From: an uncultured virus (IMG/VR IMGVR_UViG_3300042881_004014)
Taxonomy: Duplodnaviria; Heunggongvirae; Uroviricota; Caudoviricetes
Length of the DNA: 60,861 nt
Virus record (IMG/VR): IMGVR_UViG_3300042881_004014
Direction: 5' to 3' (one strand)
Position numbers and translations under genes: made by a program. The notes beneath the pieces are model-generated. The model was not told the origin of the DNA. It saw only the letters and a list, made by a program, of their open reading frames with translations, and searched no databases. Position 1 is the stretch's first letter. The number at the start of each line of letters is the position of its first letter. Shown piece after piece: positions 1 to 10,367 of this stretch.

Positions 1-908
1 AAACCATAATTTTTCTTAGAATAGAAAATCATTTCAGATGTCTTTGCTGAAAATATTAATCTATCAGAATTTATTAGGATTTGATTTCCTTTTAAATCAG
101 ATGGGTAACTTTTAAATGCCGATGGTTTGGTTTCAAAATCAGATGTACCAGAATCAGAAACAGTACCAGGTTGAAATGGTAATTGATATTCGTTACTACC
201 AAATACAATTACACTACCATCTCTATTTACATCCTCTTCAGTTGATTTAGTATTATCCTCTTTTAAACTTATTGAGTTTTCAATATTTCTAATAGTAATT
301 GTTGGTGAGAATGAATTATCAGGATTGTTATATCCAGAAAATCTAATTGATTGTCCGAAACGGCTTTCAATTGTAGTATCACCCTCATATAACTTTAATT
401 TATGCAAATTACCATTTGCTTTAAAGTATTTACCATATCCATCTAATTCTTCAGATTCAGCATTACTTCTAACTATCCCAGTTGATTGAACTTTTCCATA
501 ACTAGCACTTTTATTTACAGAACTTTTATCAGTTGGTTTTGCTGATTTTATTGTAGTCTCTTCCGAATTTATATTTGGTGTAGCCGATTTACCAATACGT
601 TCATAATACGTTGCACCACCAGCTCCACTTACAATGTTTACAACTTCATTTATAGTTGGTAATGAATTATAATTTAGATTTTTTGGAAAAGCAACAGACT
701 CAGCAGTTCCTTTATTACTACCACCTTGTGATTTATATTGAATTGCGCCTATATAAATAGCTTTATCACCATTTGGAATTTCTAAATCAGTTAATACAGA
801 ATCATCTGAATTTAAAATTACATGATATACTATACCCGTTGTAGATGTGGGTGCTCCACCCTTACCACCACTTTGATTTGCTCTAACTGATGAATTTCTA
901 TCAAACAT
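1..908 (-). CDS. Baseplate hub/gp5-like virion protein (3'-truncated by window edge)
   Basis: ORF not in the track. ATG at 908 reads MFDRNSSVR...; contains LKLYEGDTTIESRFGQSIRFS and GNQILINSDRLIFSAK, which I recognise from gp5-like proteins of large myoviruses. Confidence 0.6.
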   Translation of the reverse strand, partial: MFDRNSSVRANQSGGKGGAPTSTTGIVYHVILNSDDSVLTDLEIPNGDKAIYIGAIQYKSQGGSNKGTAESVAFPKNLNYNSLPTINEVVNIVSGAGGATYYERIGKSATPNINSEETTIKSAKPTDKSSVNKSASYGKVQSTGIVRSNAESEELDGYGKYFKANGNLHKLKLYEGDTTIESRFGQSIRFSGYNNPDNSFSPTITIRNIENSISLKEDNTKSTEEDVNRDGSVIVFGSNEYQLPFQPGTVSDSGTSDFETKPSAFKSYPSDLKGNQILINSDRLIFSAKTSEMIFYSKKNYG

Positions 909-909
909 A

Positions 910-1305
910 CTACTTTTGTATTTTTTGTTTTAACTCTTCTACATCATTCTGAATAGAATCAATACGTTCTACTTCCTCTTGCACTTCTTCAATCTCTGCT
1001 AACAATTGTTCTCTTTCGGCTGCTGATAAGAATCCATCCTCACCATCATTCTTTTGATTTGCCAACATTATACGTTGTGCTATTGTTGCTAATTTAATTA
1101 ATTGGTCATCATTTCTAACGGATGAATCAATTAAATCTTTTAAGATTGGACCAACTACCGCCATATCACCAGCGTGTCTAATCGTTTTCCTCATTTCAGC
1201 AATAAGTTCTGAAATATGTTTCTTTTTGGTGATTTGGTTCGTGTAAATATCCTCAAATAACCCACTTAGGTTCTTTCCAGGAAATAATTCAAAATCTATT
1301 GACAT
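910..1305 (-). CDS. Hypothetical coiled-coil phage protein
   Basis: 131-aa ORF abutting the gp5-like gene. Confidence 0.7.
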   Translation of the reverse strand: MSIDFELFPGKNLSGLFEDIYTNQITKKKHISELIAEMRKTIRHAGDMAVVGPILKDLIDSSVRNDDQLIKLATIAQRIMLANQKNDGEDGFLSAAEREQLLAEIEEVQEEVERIDSIQNDVEELKQKIQK

Positions 1306-1361
1306 ACTTTATTGGTATATATTGTTTATATATATAAATATCAATAAAGTAAAAAGTGATT

Positions 1362-2156
1362 TTAATTTGAAAGTTTAGTAACTACAATTTTGATTTTAGG
1401 AGTATATCCGTTTGGTAGGTCTCTTTTAATTCCCTCAAACGATTCTATTTGATTTTCTCTAAAAGTTAGCTTTAAAACTTTGTTTGTTAAATCTAAAAGT
1501 AATTGTGATGATGTAACCATTTTATTGGTATCTCTCATCATATTTAGATTAGAAGAATGTTTGTATAATTTTTTTCTCATCAATGGTAAGATATCATCTA
1601 CCTTTTCAGCACGAGTCATCATTTTTTCAGCTGACATTTTCCTTAATTTTGATGATAAGTAATCAGGCCCTTCTATATATCCAGCCCCATGATGTAAGTG
1701 TCCGTGATTTGTTCTAACTACATCTCCATCAGTATGCAATTCAAACTTAGGATTATGCTTTGATGTTGTTTCAATTGATATCATTTTATGTGGAGTAGAT
1801 ATAAAGGTATGTCCTTTAATTCCACCATCAAATGTTATAGCTGAATTTACTACATCTTTAATGGTTTTCTTAGATAATGCGGTACGAATCTTATTACCAT
1901 CTTTAGAAGGTTTACCACCTTTTTTAACGATTTTCTTTTCGTTCTCATCATACCCAACCATAAGTGCAGTATTAACTAAACCAATACCATACTCATTTAG
2001 GCCTTCAGACCAATCGGTAACAGTATCTCTTAGATATGCAACCTCAACACCATTGATAACAGTGTGAACTATCTCTAATGAGGGTTTATAAGCCCTATCT
2101 CTATTTTTGGCTAATATTTTAGAACCATCGATAGACTTACTAACAATTATACACAT
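1362..2156 (-). CDS. Ntn-hydrolase-fold protein (N-terminal Cys nucleophile; C45/NRDE-like)
   Basis: Starts MC; AKNRD, EGLNEYG and VRTNH motifs. Confidence 0.6.
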   Translation of the reverse strand: MCIIVSKSIDGSKILAKNRDRAYKPSLEIVHTVINGVEVAYLRDTVTDWSEGLNEYGIGLVNTALMVGYDENEKKIVKKGGKPSKDGNKIRTALSKKTIKDVVNSAITFDGGIKGHTFISTPHKMISIETTSKHNPKFELHTDGDVVRTNHGHLHHGAGYIEGPDYLSSKLRKMSAEKMMTRAEKVDDILPLMRKKLYKHSSNLNMMRDTNKMVTSSQLLLDLTNKVLKLTFRENQIESFEGIKRDLPNGYTPKIKIVVTKLSN

Positions 2157-2222
2157 ATGAGTTTTCCCAATTGGATGGGAGCCGTTTTAATTACTGATAT
2201 AAATATCTAATTTAAAAATAAA

Positions 2223-2363
2223 TTATCTACCCTGTCCCCTATAAGATTTCTTATAATGCTTAGAGGTTTTTGAATTAGATGTTCTTGTTTTAGAATGAAT
2301 ACCCGGATTTGATACTTTTTTCTTTACTCTAATTGTAGTGCTTGTTGAACTTGCTTTTGCCAT
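2223..2363 (-). CDS. Small basic phage protein (46 aa) ending YRGQGR
   Basis: Read manually: MAKASSTSTTIRVKKKVSNPGIHSKTRTSNSKTSKHYKKSYRGQGR*; TATTTATA motif upstream. Confidence 0.65.
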   Translation of the reverse strand: MAKASSTSTTIRVKKKVSNPGIHSKTRTSNSKTSKHYKKSYRGQGR

Positions 2364-2476
2364 AATATATTGAGGTTAATTTTTTATAAATATATGTATA
2401 AATTTGAAACATCAACTTGACAAAAAAAAAGTGATAATTTCTTATCACTTTATAAATTTATTTGTAATGTAACATA

Positions 2477-3193
2477 TTAGTATGCGAAAAAGTCCATTTC
2501 ATCTGCTTTTGAAACTGTACCATAATCCAAATATTCATTTAACATTCTTATTTGATGTTCCTTCATTACATTAACAACCTTTGTAATATAATGCGTTTTA
2601 CAATCTGTCATTTCTCTTATTAAGAGATATAAATGTTTTTTGTTAAAATTTTCAATATTTTGACTTCTACGGAACAATTCTAATATTGCATCTGCAATTT
2701 GAATATCTCTTTTCTTAGTGAATACATTAGTTAAATTAGTATCCCAATAATTAAGCATTAAATCTTTAAATTCATTATACTCATCACCTCTTTGAGTTTC
2801 GTAAAAATCATTTTCAGGATTCCAACTTTCAGGCATTTCTGATAATAATGATGTTTTCTTAAATCGTTTGTAATTTGAATTATTATTTAATATTAAATAA
2901 TTTTTAGCAACAATAGAAAAATATGAGAATGCTTTTCCCCTACCTTCTTTAAACATATGAATTTTTTGAATTAGAATCGCAACAACTTCACATTGTACAT
3001 CTTCTTTAGGTACATCAAAATATGTAAACTTAAATGTGTTTAAAATATTCTCTGCTAATTTTTCAAAGGGATATTGTATCCTATCTTTATATAATTGATT
3101 TTTTTCCCTATCGGAAATTGATTTATTATACGCAACGATAGCATCTTCGGTATCTTGCGTAAAATACATTTTATTTTTTCTTGGTCTTGGCAT
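2477..3193 (-). CDS. Putative late-transcription sigma factor (T4 gp55-like)
   Basis: Sigma region-2-like segment EDVQCE...FKEGRGKAFSYFSIVAKNY; size fits. Confidence 0.6.
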   Translation of the reverse strand: MPRPRKNKMYFTQDTEDAIVAYNKSISDREKNQLYKDRIQYPFEKLAENILNTFKFTYFDVPKEDVQCEVVAILIQKIHMFKEGRGKAFSYFSIVAKNYLILNNNSNYKRFKKTSLLSEMPESWNPENDFYETQRGDEYNEFKDLMLNYWDTNLTNVFTKKRDIQIADAILELFRRSQNIENFNKKHLYLLIREMTDCKTHYITKVVNVMKEHQIRMLNEYLDYGTVSKADEMDFFAY

Positions 3194-3195
3194 TT

Positions 3196-3462
3196 CTATA
3201 AAGTGTTTTTATATTTTTCAATAATATCCTTTAGCTCAGTAAATACCGTGCCAACTTCATCATCTGATTCAAATGAACCCCTTAAATCAATTGCTCTCAT
3301 ATCTTCCAACATGGTTTCAAATTTTTCTAATGTATATTCATTTAATTCATAATAATCCGTTTGCGCCTGTTCAATTTGACTTACTAATTCTATTCCCCTA
3401 AGAATCAGTACCACATTTACAACTAATGATAATAACAGTAAAGTAAATAAGATTGCTTCCAT
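3196..3462 (-). CDS. Hypothetical protein with N-terminal TM helix
   Basis: 88-aa ORF, hydrophobic N-terminus. Confidence 0.65.
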   Translation of the reverse strand: MEAILFTLLLLSLVVNVVLILRGIELVSQIEQAQTDYYELNEYTLEKFETMLEDMRAIDLRGSFESDDEVGTVFTELKDIIEKYKNTL

Positions 3463-3516
3463 ATATTTTATATTTTAGTAAAGATACAAAAAATAATTGA
3501 TATATCCAAATTTATT

Positions 3517-3729
3517 TTAAGCCTCTCCGATTGGGCCGTTGAATAAATTAGAATAATCTATATCATTTCTTTCTATTGTTTTTAATTGATTTTGTAATTT
3601 TTGTATTTTAGCCAAAACAACTTTATCAAATTTATCTTTATCAATTACATCATTTTCAAATAATTCTTCTAATAAAGTATCTAATATAACTTCTAATGTT
3701 ATTACTTTACTTATCAATAATTCTTCCAT
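3517..3729 (-). CDS. Hypothetical protein
   Basis: 70-aa ORF in tight operon. Confidence 0.65.
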   Translation of the reverse strand: MEELLISKVITLEVILDTLLEELFENDVIDKDKFDKVVLAKIQKLQNQLKTIERNDIDYSNLFNGPIGEA

Positions 3730-3730
3730 A

Positions 3731-3982
3731 TTAAAATGTTAATGAACCAGTTAATTGTCCAATTGATTTAATAAATTGCTTAAACTCTCTATCCGATTCA
3801 GATTCATAATCCGTATCTCCAAATGATTTTTTAATTGTATAATCGGTATATCCCATAGCTGATGCCATTCGTACACACATAATTTTAAATTCAAAAATAT
3901 TCATATCATCGGGTACATCAAATGATATGTTCTTTGCTTCTCTATTTAAAGGTTCTTCGGATTTGTATGATAATATTGCCAT
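3731..3982 (-). CDS. Hypothetical protein
   Basis: 83-aa ORF in tight operon. Confidence 0.65.
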   Translation of the reverse strand: MAILSYKSEEPLNREAKNISFDVPDDMNIFEFKIMCVRMASAMGYTDYTIKKSFGDTDYESESDREFKQFIKSIGQLTGSLTF

Positions 3983-3984
3983 AA

Positions 3985-4554
3985 CTATACTAATTGATAA
4001 CCCTTAGATATTAAAGATTGTGCGTTTTTAAATTTAATAAACGCCATATCACCATTCGGCCCCTGTAACATTACTTTATCATTTCTACCAGGTTGTTTGG
4101 TTGAAATTACTTGGGTTGTATATCTACGAAGTTCTGAATTAATATCAATTCCATCAATAGCATCAATTAATCGTTGAGCTAATATACATTCAAATAAACC
4201 CATATCTTCCATAAGGTCTTGTTCGGTTTTCCAAGTTTCCTTATCTGCTGAAAATTCAACTATACCCAAATTATCCGTATTAACTTTAAATGATGTATGT
4301 CTAATTGTTTTTCTTGTTTTTTCTTTGTTACTATCTTTTTCAAAGTACAAAACTAATTTATCAGATTTTTCAGTAACTGTTGGATTTACCAATGTTAATG
4401 GTGCATCTTCAACTAACCTTAATGTAATAATTCTTTTGTCCATATCCACATCATGTGATGTAAATGAAATACCTTTTAATTTTGATATCTTATTATTATA
4501 ATCACTTAGTTCATCATTTGTAACTGGTGATTGTTTAATCAATTTTACTTTCAT
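3985..4554 (-). CDS. Peptide deformylase-like protein, catalytic motifs degenerate
   Basis: LVNPTVTEKS and ECILAQRLIDAIDGI align with PDF INP and QHEIDHLDG, but HExxH is lost; C-terminal PGRND. Confidence 0.55.
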   Translation of the reverse strand: MKVKLIKQSPVTNDELSDYNNKISKLKGISFTSHDVDMDKRIITLRLVEDAPLTLVNPTVTEKSDKLVLYFEKDSNKEKTRKTIRHTSFKVNTDNLGIVEFSADKETWKTEQDLMEDMGLFECILAQRLIDAIDGIDINSELRRYTTQVISTKQPGRNDKVMLQGPNGDMAFIKFKNAQSLISKGYQLV

Positions 4555-4704
4555 AATATTCTTTAATTTTATTTTCTAAATACTCAATTGAATCAGAATT
4601 TCCTATAAATCCCATATACTTTATATAGTAACGAATATTAGTTGGATTTGTTTCTAACTCTTTTTTTAATACATCTAACTCAGGTAAATATTTTGTTATA
4701 TATG

Positions 4705-5091
4705 TCATAGTAAATCCTCCGGACTTTGTCTATAAATTCTATATGAATCTTCATCAAAATGTTCTGTTGATACTTCAAATATAATTGAGTTATCTTCTAA
4801 TGCGATTAACTGATGAGGTAAACCCCGTTCAATTAAAACTGATTGACCCCTCTCTAATGTAGTACCTTCTAATTTCCCATTTTCAACATCAATCCAATTA
4901 AATTGGAATCTTCCTTCTTGAACATACCAACTTTCTTTTTTAATCAAATGGTAATGCATAGAAAACCTATTTCTATCTTTTGTAAACACTAATAGTTTAC
5001 CACAATATTCATTGTCATTATGAACCCATAGTTCATAACCCCATTTCTTTTCTACTCTTTTTGGAGTATTGATGTTTACTTTTATTTCCAT
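4705..5091 (-). CDS. Cupin-domain protein (sugar-phosphate isomerase-like)
   Basis: KKWGYE, SMHYHxxKxE, PH, EVST motifs. Confidence 0.75.
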   Translation of the reverse strand: MEIKVNINTPKRVEKKWGYELWVHNDNEYCGKLLVFTKDRNRFSMHYHLIKKESWYVQEGRFQFNWIDVENGKLEGTTLERGQSVLIERGLPHQLIALEDNSIIFEVSTEHFDEDSYRIYRQSPEDLL

Positions 5092-6032
5092 TAACTATAA
5101 CTGTCTACTTTTAATAATCCACTATACTCACATATATGCTCTTTACCAATGAATGGTAGTATTGCTAATTCTTTTGCTTTTGCCTCAACCATAATGTCCA
5201 CATCGTACCCATATGTGTTGGGGATTCTATTAATGTAATCGGAATGGGCTTGGTCTTTGATTTTTGTGTTGTTTTCATGTAATGATTTTGATTCTGAATA
5301 ATGTACAACCGGCGTAATTGATTTAGGCCAAGTTGATACGGCTAATTTTAATGCCATTTCCTCTGATAAATCACCAGTACAAAATTTGTGGTGGTGATAA
5401 TCAAATACAATTGGAATACCAATTATATTATGTATGAACATTAAATCTTTAACTGAGTACATTGATGCTTTATCATCATTCTCAATTGTAAGTCTTTTTC
5501 TAACCGATGGTGATAATCGTTTGAAGTTTTCACAAAATCGCATCATAGCAGAAATCTTATCACCATACACACCATTACAATGTATGTTAATTTTATTATA
5601 TGGAGATTTTTCCAATCCCATCATATCAAATACTTTACCATGTAGTTCTAAATCAGCAATTGTTTTAAGTACAACTGATTCATTAGGTGAAACTAATACG
5701 TTAAATGGACCAGGATGGGATGTAATACGAATACCCCAAAACTTAGCAAAATCACCTGCTTTTTTTAATTCACGCTTAATCTCTTTGTAATCTTTTAACT
5801 GAGTTAAATCTAGTTGGTCACCCCACGGAATAAGTGCTGATGATAATCGAAAGAAACTAATTCCATTCAATCGATTCCATTCTAAAATTCTAACAATATC
5901 TTTTGCATTGAGTAATGCAAGTTCTGACACATAATCCATACCCCTTGCTTCAAAAGTACGTTTAACCATAGTACGATTTGTGGTAACCTGTTTACCCATT
6001 GACATATTAATACAAGCGTATCCTAATTTCAT
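5091..6032 (-). CDS. uvsE: UV DNA damage endonuclease
   Basis: LGYACIN, FRLSS, SHPG, IENDD, FDYHHH, HSDY, MVEAKAKE. Confidence 0.9.
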   Translation of the reverse strand: MKLGYACINMSMGKQVTTNRTMVKRTFEARGMDYVSELALLNAKDIVRILEWNRLNGISFFRLSSALIPWGDQLDLTQLKDYKEIKRELKKAGDFAKFWGIRITSHPGPFNVLVSPNESVVLKTIADLELHGKVFDMMGLEKSPYNKINIHCNGVYGDKISAMMRFCENFKRLSPSVRKRLTIENDDKASMYSVKDLMFIHNIIGIPIVFDYHHHKFCTGDLSEEMALKLAVSTWPKSITPVVHYSESKSLHENNTKIKDQAHSDYINRIPNTYGYDVDIMVEAKAKELAILPFIGKEHICEYSGLLKVDSYS

Positions 6033-6051
6033 AGTTTATTTGTTTTATACT

Positions 6052-6083
6052 CAAATATACGAAATTAATTTGGAATAAACAAA
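6052..6083 (-). promoter_or_regulatory. Bacteroidota primary-sigma promoter (representative of about 30 copies)
   Basis: TTTG (6080-6083) + 20 nt + TATATTTG (6052-6059) upstream of uvsE. Confidence 0.75.
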
Positions 6084-6087
6084 TATT

Positions 6088-7458
6088 TTAATAAGTTTTT
6101 GTATCGAAATCGGTTGGATATGAAGTATCCTTGTCGTTTTTAACATAAGTTAACCAATAGTTAACTGCATTTTGGTCATTTATCCATGCCTTTCTATCAC
6201 CCCAATTGAAATTTGGTTTAGCGTAATAGGGTTTTTCATTTCTAGCGTATTGTGCTCTACGGGATGATTTTGGTGTAAATTCATCAATTAAACCATCACC
6301 AGTGTTATCATATCCATCAATGGTACCATCACCATCGATATCAATACCACGTCTATTAACATCCTTTATTAAAAAAGATAATTCATCTTCTTCCACATTT
6401 GTTGTAGCGGTACTAGTTTCTTTTTTTTTTACGTCCTCATTATATTGAGAGGCCGCTTTTAATAATTCTTCGTTTGGTTCTGAGGGATTTCCAATTTCAT
6501 TAAAGAATACTTCTGCATCTTTTTCTGATAGAGTTATTGGTTCATCGTATAATCCCAACTCCTCATCGTTTTCCATCATTTCAACCAATGCTTCTTTTTG
6601 AGTTTCCTTTTCATCTGGCTCCTCACCATATAATTCTCTTTTCTGAATTACTTTCTTTACATCATCCTCACCCTTATCAATTTTTAATGCGGTGTTGAAT
6701 GCAATTACTAATGTTACAGCTAATGGGTCAAATACAAATATAATAAGAAGTGCAAACCAGTTAACAATAGTTGACATCGGTTTACCTGTTATTTCAGCCA
6801 TAAACTTTAAAGGTCCTACCTCACCAGCCACCTCTGAACTTTGTTGTACATCCAATGCTTTTAATTCTAACTTTGTAATTGAATCAGTCAATACTTCGAT
6901 TTTTTCTTCAACTTTGATTCGTTGTTCTTTTGCTTCGTTTAATTGAGTAGTTAATACTCGTCTATTAGCAGATGATGATGATGATAAAATATTACCATTT
7001 CTATCCTTAGATGTTTGTACGTTATTAGACAATCCACCTGATAACGAGCCAATAGTTTGAGTTAATTGAGTTTTCTCTTCATTATAAGATTTCAATTGTT
7101 CTTCAAATCTATTCTTTTTAAGATTTACAATTTCAGTTTGTTTATCAACAACCCCCAATTGGTCTGCGGTTGTTTGATATGCGGATGTTAGGAACCCATA
7201 TATACCAGCTGATGTAATAACGATAAGTACACATACTCCAATCAATAGATAGGTTCTGAGTACTTTGTTTATTTTGTCCCAATAATTATAAAGGAATCCA
7301 GCTGATATTAATTTTCCAAATTCTAAAGAACTAGCCATTAGGATTACGGCAGTAGATGCCCCAGCGAATAGCTTGGATAATCCAGTTACCGAAAAGAAAG
7401 CCGCGGCTGATGCTATCAGTAATGCGGAAACTCCTAATAAAATAGTTCTAAATTTCAT
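6088..7458 (-). CDS. Membrane-anchored coiled-coil protein
   Basis: N-terminal TM helices, long coiled coil, further TM (IIFVFDPLAV), acidic tail with DxDGDG-like loops. Confidence 0.7.
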   Translation of the reverse strand: MKFRTILLGVSALLIASAAAFFSVTGLSKLFAGASTAVILMASSLEFGKLISAGFLYNYWDKINKVLRTYLLIGVCVLIVITSAGIYGFLTSAYQTTADQLGVVDKQTEIVNLKKNRFEEQLKSYNEEKTQLTQTIGSLSGGLSNNVQTSKDRNGNILSSSSSANRRVLTTQLNEAKEQRIKVEEKIEVLTDSITKLELKALDVQQSSEVAGEVGPLKFMAEITGKPMSTIVNWFALLIIFVFDPLAVTLVIAFNTALKIDKGEDDVKKVIQKRELYGEEPDEKETQKEALVEMMENDEELGLYDEPITLSEKDAEVFFNEIGNPSEPNEELLKAASQYNEDVKKKETSTATTNVEEDELSFLIKDVNRRGIDIDGDGTIDGYDNTGDGLIDEFTPKSSRRAQYARNEKPYYAKPNFNWGDRKAWINDQNAVNYWLTYVKNDKDTSYPTDFDTKTY

Positions 7459-7638
7459 TTATGATAATTCAACGATGTTACGAGCTTGCTCTAACAATCT
7501 TTCAATTTCTTTAGTTAAACGAATTGCATCAGATTGGTTTGATGGTCTTTTTCCTTCTAACATTTCTTGGATAGTTTTTGTTCTATTGTTAATTCCATCC
7601 ATGTACGATAATGCCTTTTCTTTGTATTCAGGTTTCAT
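7459..7638 (-). CDS. Hypothetical protein
   Basis: Likely start MKPEYK after TATTTATA motif. Confidence 0.55.
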   Translation of the reverse strand: MKPEYKEKALSYMDGINNRTKTIQEMLEGKRPSNQSDAIRLTKEIERLLEQARNIVELS

Positions 7639-7731
7639 ATTGTTCTTTTTAATTGTATATATATAAATATCTAAAAAATAAAAAAGGGAGATTATTAATT
7701 CTCCCTTCTTAAAACGTAACATATTAAACCA

Positions 7732-8124
7732 TTAAAGTTTAAGCTTAACTTTTTTGGTTTTTTCTTCTTTGGATTTACTTACAATCAATGTTAAGATTCC
7801 ATCTTTAATAGATGCTTCAGTCAATTTACCATCATATGGTGATGCAACTGAGAACTCTAAATTAATATCTCTAACAAATCCAGCAGCATCTTTTTTCTTA
7901 GATGCTTTGATTAAGATTTCATCGTTATCAATTGTAATATCGATATCAGATGGGTTGTGTCCTACAACATTAACCGTTATTTTTTTACCACCATCTTCCA
8001 TCTCATCAATATAATATTGTGAGAATATTGGTGAAAAAGATAAACTTGGAGTTGTATTCCACATTGGTTTTTGGTTTTTTGCTATGGATTCCAATAATCC
8101 ATCAAGTGTGTTAAAAGTAAACAT
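7732..8124 (-). CDS. Small heat-shock protein (Hsp20/alpha-crystallin)
   Basis: G..PSDIDITI, ASIKDGILTL, C-terminal V-x-L. Confidence 0.85.
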   Translation of the reverse strand: MFTFNTLDGLLESIAKNQKPMWNTTPSLSFSPIFSQYYIDEMEDGGKKITVNVVGHNPSDIDITIDNDEILIKASKKKDAAGFVRDINLEFSVASPYDGKLTEASIKDGILTLIVSKSKEEKTKKVKLKL

Positions 8125-8234
8125 AATTTTTTATTTTTTTGGTTAATATTAATTAAGATATTACCAATATCGTACCAATTCTATTATTATGAAATTTTGT
8201 CAGTTTATTTTAATAAATTCGGAAATAGTGTCAG

Positions 8235-8921
8235 TTAAAACATTGCTGATACATTATCCATCATACCAGTTGCGTTTCGGTATTCGGTATTTTCCAATCT
8301 ACAACTCATATGGTCTGCCCAATGAATTAAATATGGTAACTCAGTTTTTAATTGGAAGTTTTCATCATATGACATGAAGTACTTTTTAGTTGCTTCATTG
8401 TATAATCCATCAGCCATCATAATACCTAATTGTTCTTTTTGAGTATATTTTATACCATATTGATTTAGTAACCAAAGTGCTCTATCAGTTACATCAAAGT
8501 ATTGTAACTTTGGATTGATATGAAAATACTCTTTCTTATTCTTTTGATGCCACTCCGATGTTTGCGGTAGATAGTATGGTTCTGCTCCATCTCCCAATTT
8601 ACCCAAATCATGGTGGAATGCTGCGAATAACAATTCCTCATCAGTAAAGTTGATATAACCTCCACTTGTTTCAAACATCTTCTTTAATTTATAAGCGTTA
8701 GTTGCTACATTCATTACGTGGTCTATATAACCACCAACATATGCTGAGTGGAAGTTTAGTTTAGCCGATGCGGGTGCAATTGTTAACTCTATACCTAATT
8801 CATTTTCAGAATACATATGTAGTAATTTTTCCAATCGTTCACCACTAAATACTTTTTTTAGTGCAGCAATAAATCTTTCGTAGTTTTGTTGAAGTTGTTC
8901 TTCTGTGTAGTTCCTAATCAT
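8235..8921 (-). CDS. HD-domain phosphohydrolase
   Basis: H..GG..DH, HHDLGK, HWAD motifs. Confidence 0.8.
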   Translation of the reverse strand: MIRNYTEEQLQQNYERFIAALKKVFSGERLEKLLHMYSENELGIELTIAPASAKLNFHSAYVGGYIDHVMNVATNAYKLKKMFETSGGYINFTDEELLFAAFHHDLGKLGDGAEPYYLPQTSEWHQKNKKEYFHINPKLQYFDVTDRALWLLNQYGIKYTQKEQLGIMMADGLYNEATKKYFMSYDENFQLKTELPYLIHWADHMSCRLENTEYRNATGMMDNVSAMF

Positions 8922-9291
8922 TTTCTATGTATTTATGTGTTAGTGATTTATATAATATTTCTAATTCTTCTTCAGATGAACAAAATCCAAGTCCATCCAT
9001 ATCCAACATTTCTATGAAATATTGTCCGGGTTTTAGTCCCATATTTTTTAGTTCTTCCAAATCGCTTGATACGTTTGATACAAACATTGGTGCATATCTA
9101 TCAATTCTATTTTTTGGAATTGGTAATGTAAAGAAGTATGGCTCATCTTCATCCTCTTCATCCTCATCATTATCTTTCTTATATTGAGGTTCATCAAACA
9201 TTTCTACATCTTCAACACTATGCTTAACCCAACCTTGTCTTTTAAAAGTTTCTTCGGTTATTGGTGTTAATTTTAATTTTGGCTTTCTCAT
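8914..9291 (-). CDS. Hypothetical acidic protein
   Basis: 125-aa ORF. Confidence 0.65.
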   Translation of the reverse strand: MRKPKLKLTPITEETFKRQGWVKHSVEDVEMFDEPQYKKDNDEDEEDEDEPYFFTLPIPKNRIDRYAPMFVSNVSSDLEELKNMGLKPGQYFIEMLDMDGLGFCSSEEELEILYKSLTHKYIEND

Positions 9292-9800
9292 TGTAATATA
9301 ATTCGGATTGTTTTTTCTAAATTTCTAAACTTACATTTAACTATCATAGTATCTCCTATCATATTATCAATAGGTGCAATAACAGTATTAATCTCACCAG
9401 CGGTACCACTATAAGATGATGAATTTATTGTTGGTACAATTGCTCCAGCAAAACCAGTAACATATGTTGTATCAACATTTACCCATTGACCATTTGTATT
9501 TATAATTCTACGAATCATAACATATGCTGTATCATTTAGAGTCCAACTATGTGATGATTCCCAATTAACTAATTCAGGCGGATATGGTTCTTTTCCATTT
9601 TTTAATAACTTGCCAGTCAATCGATGTATAGTCTGAATTGAATTGGCTGTTGAGTTTAATTGTAGTTTATATAAACCTTCATTTGTGGTATCTAATCTAC
9701 CATCAACACTTAGTGTGTAATTATGAGGTACTTGAATTTCTTCTTTTTCACAAGAAATTAATCCAATTACGGATATTAAAATTAATAGGGTTTTTTTCAT
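9288..9800 (-). CDS. Putative lipoprotein
   Basis: Start MKKTLLILISVIGLISC with lipobox. Confidence 0.65.
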   Translation of the reverse strand: MKKTLLILISVIGLISCEKEEIQVPHNYTLSVDGRLDTTNEGLYKLQLNSTANSIQTIHRLTGKLLKNGKEPYPPELVNWESSHSWTLNDTAYVMIRRIINTNGQWVNVDTTYVTGFAGAIVPTINSSSYSGTAGEINTVIAPIDNMIGDTMIVKCKFRNLEKTIRIILQ

Positions 9801-9819
9801 TTTTAAGGTTTTAAAATTA

Positions 9820-10305
9820 TTATAACAATCGTTTAAGAATACTTTCCCAAGTTGGGTACTCATTATATTTTAACTCTTCATAAGACCAACCAAATCGTAA
9901 CAACTCTCCACCAAACTCACCAGCACCATTCTTAATACGGTCATCAATAAGATAATCACCCATCAACAAGTCTTTTCGGTGTGTAACAAACATCTTTTTG
10001 TGGAATAGATTTCCGAAGTGTTTCTCTATCCAAAAACGTTTATCAGTTGCTGCGTCGGGGTTTCCCCAAGGAGCGGCGGTAGCGATAAACAATTCATATT
10101 TTCCACTTTCAGCCAATTTCTTTACTGCTTCAATAGCTCCTTCCATTGGTGGTGGGGTTCTGAATATTCCTGCAATATGGTCAGGGTTATGTTTGTATCG
10201 TTCTTTTAAGTGTGGGTGGGCTTCGAACCAATCGTTAAATTCTTTCTCTAAATCCACTAAAACTCCATCCATATCGATGTAAACTATTTTTCTTTTCTCA
10301 CTCAT
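9820..10305 (-). CDS. 5'(3')-deoxyribonucleotidase (NT5C-type HAD)
   Basis: IDMDGVL, TAAPW, K..W, LIDD. Confidence 0.9.
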   Translation of the reverse strand: MSEKRKIVYIDMDGVLVDLEKEFNDWFEAHPHLKERYKHNPDHIAGIFRTPPPMEGAIEAVKKLAESGKYELFIATAAPWGNPDAATDKRFWIEKHFGNLFHKKMFVTHRKDLLMGDYLIDDRIKNGAGEFGGELLRFGWSYEELKYNEYPTWESILKRLL

Positions 10306-10367
10306 ATCTCTCAGTCTTATATAGTAAATGTACGAATAATATTTGATATTTCCAAATATTTTGCCAA

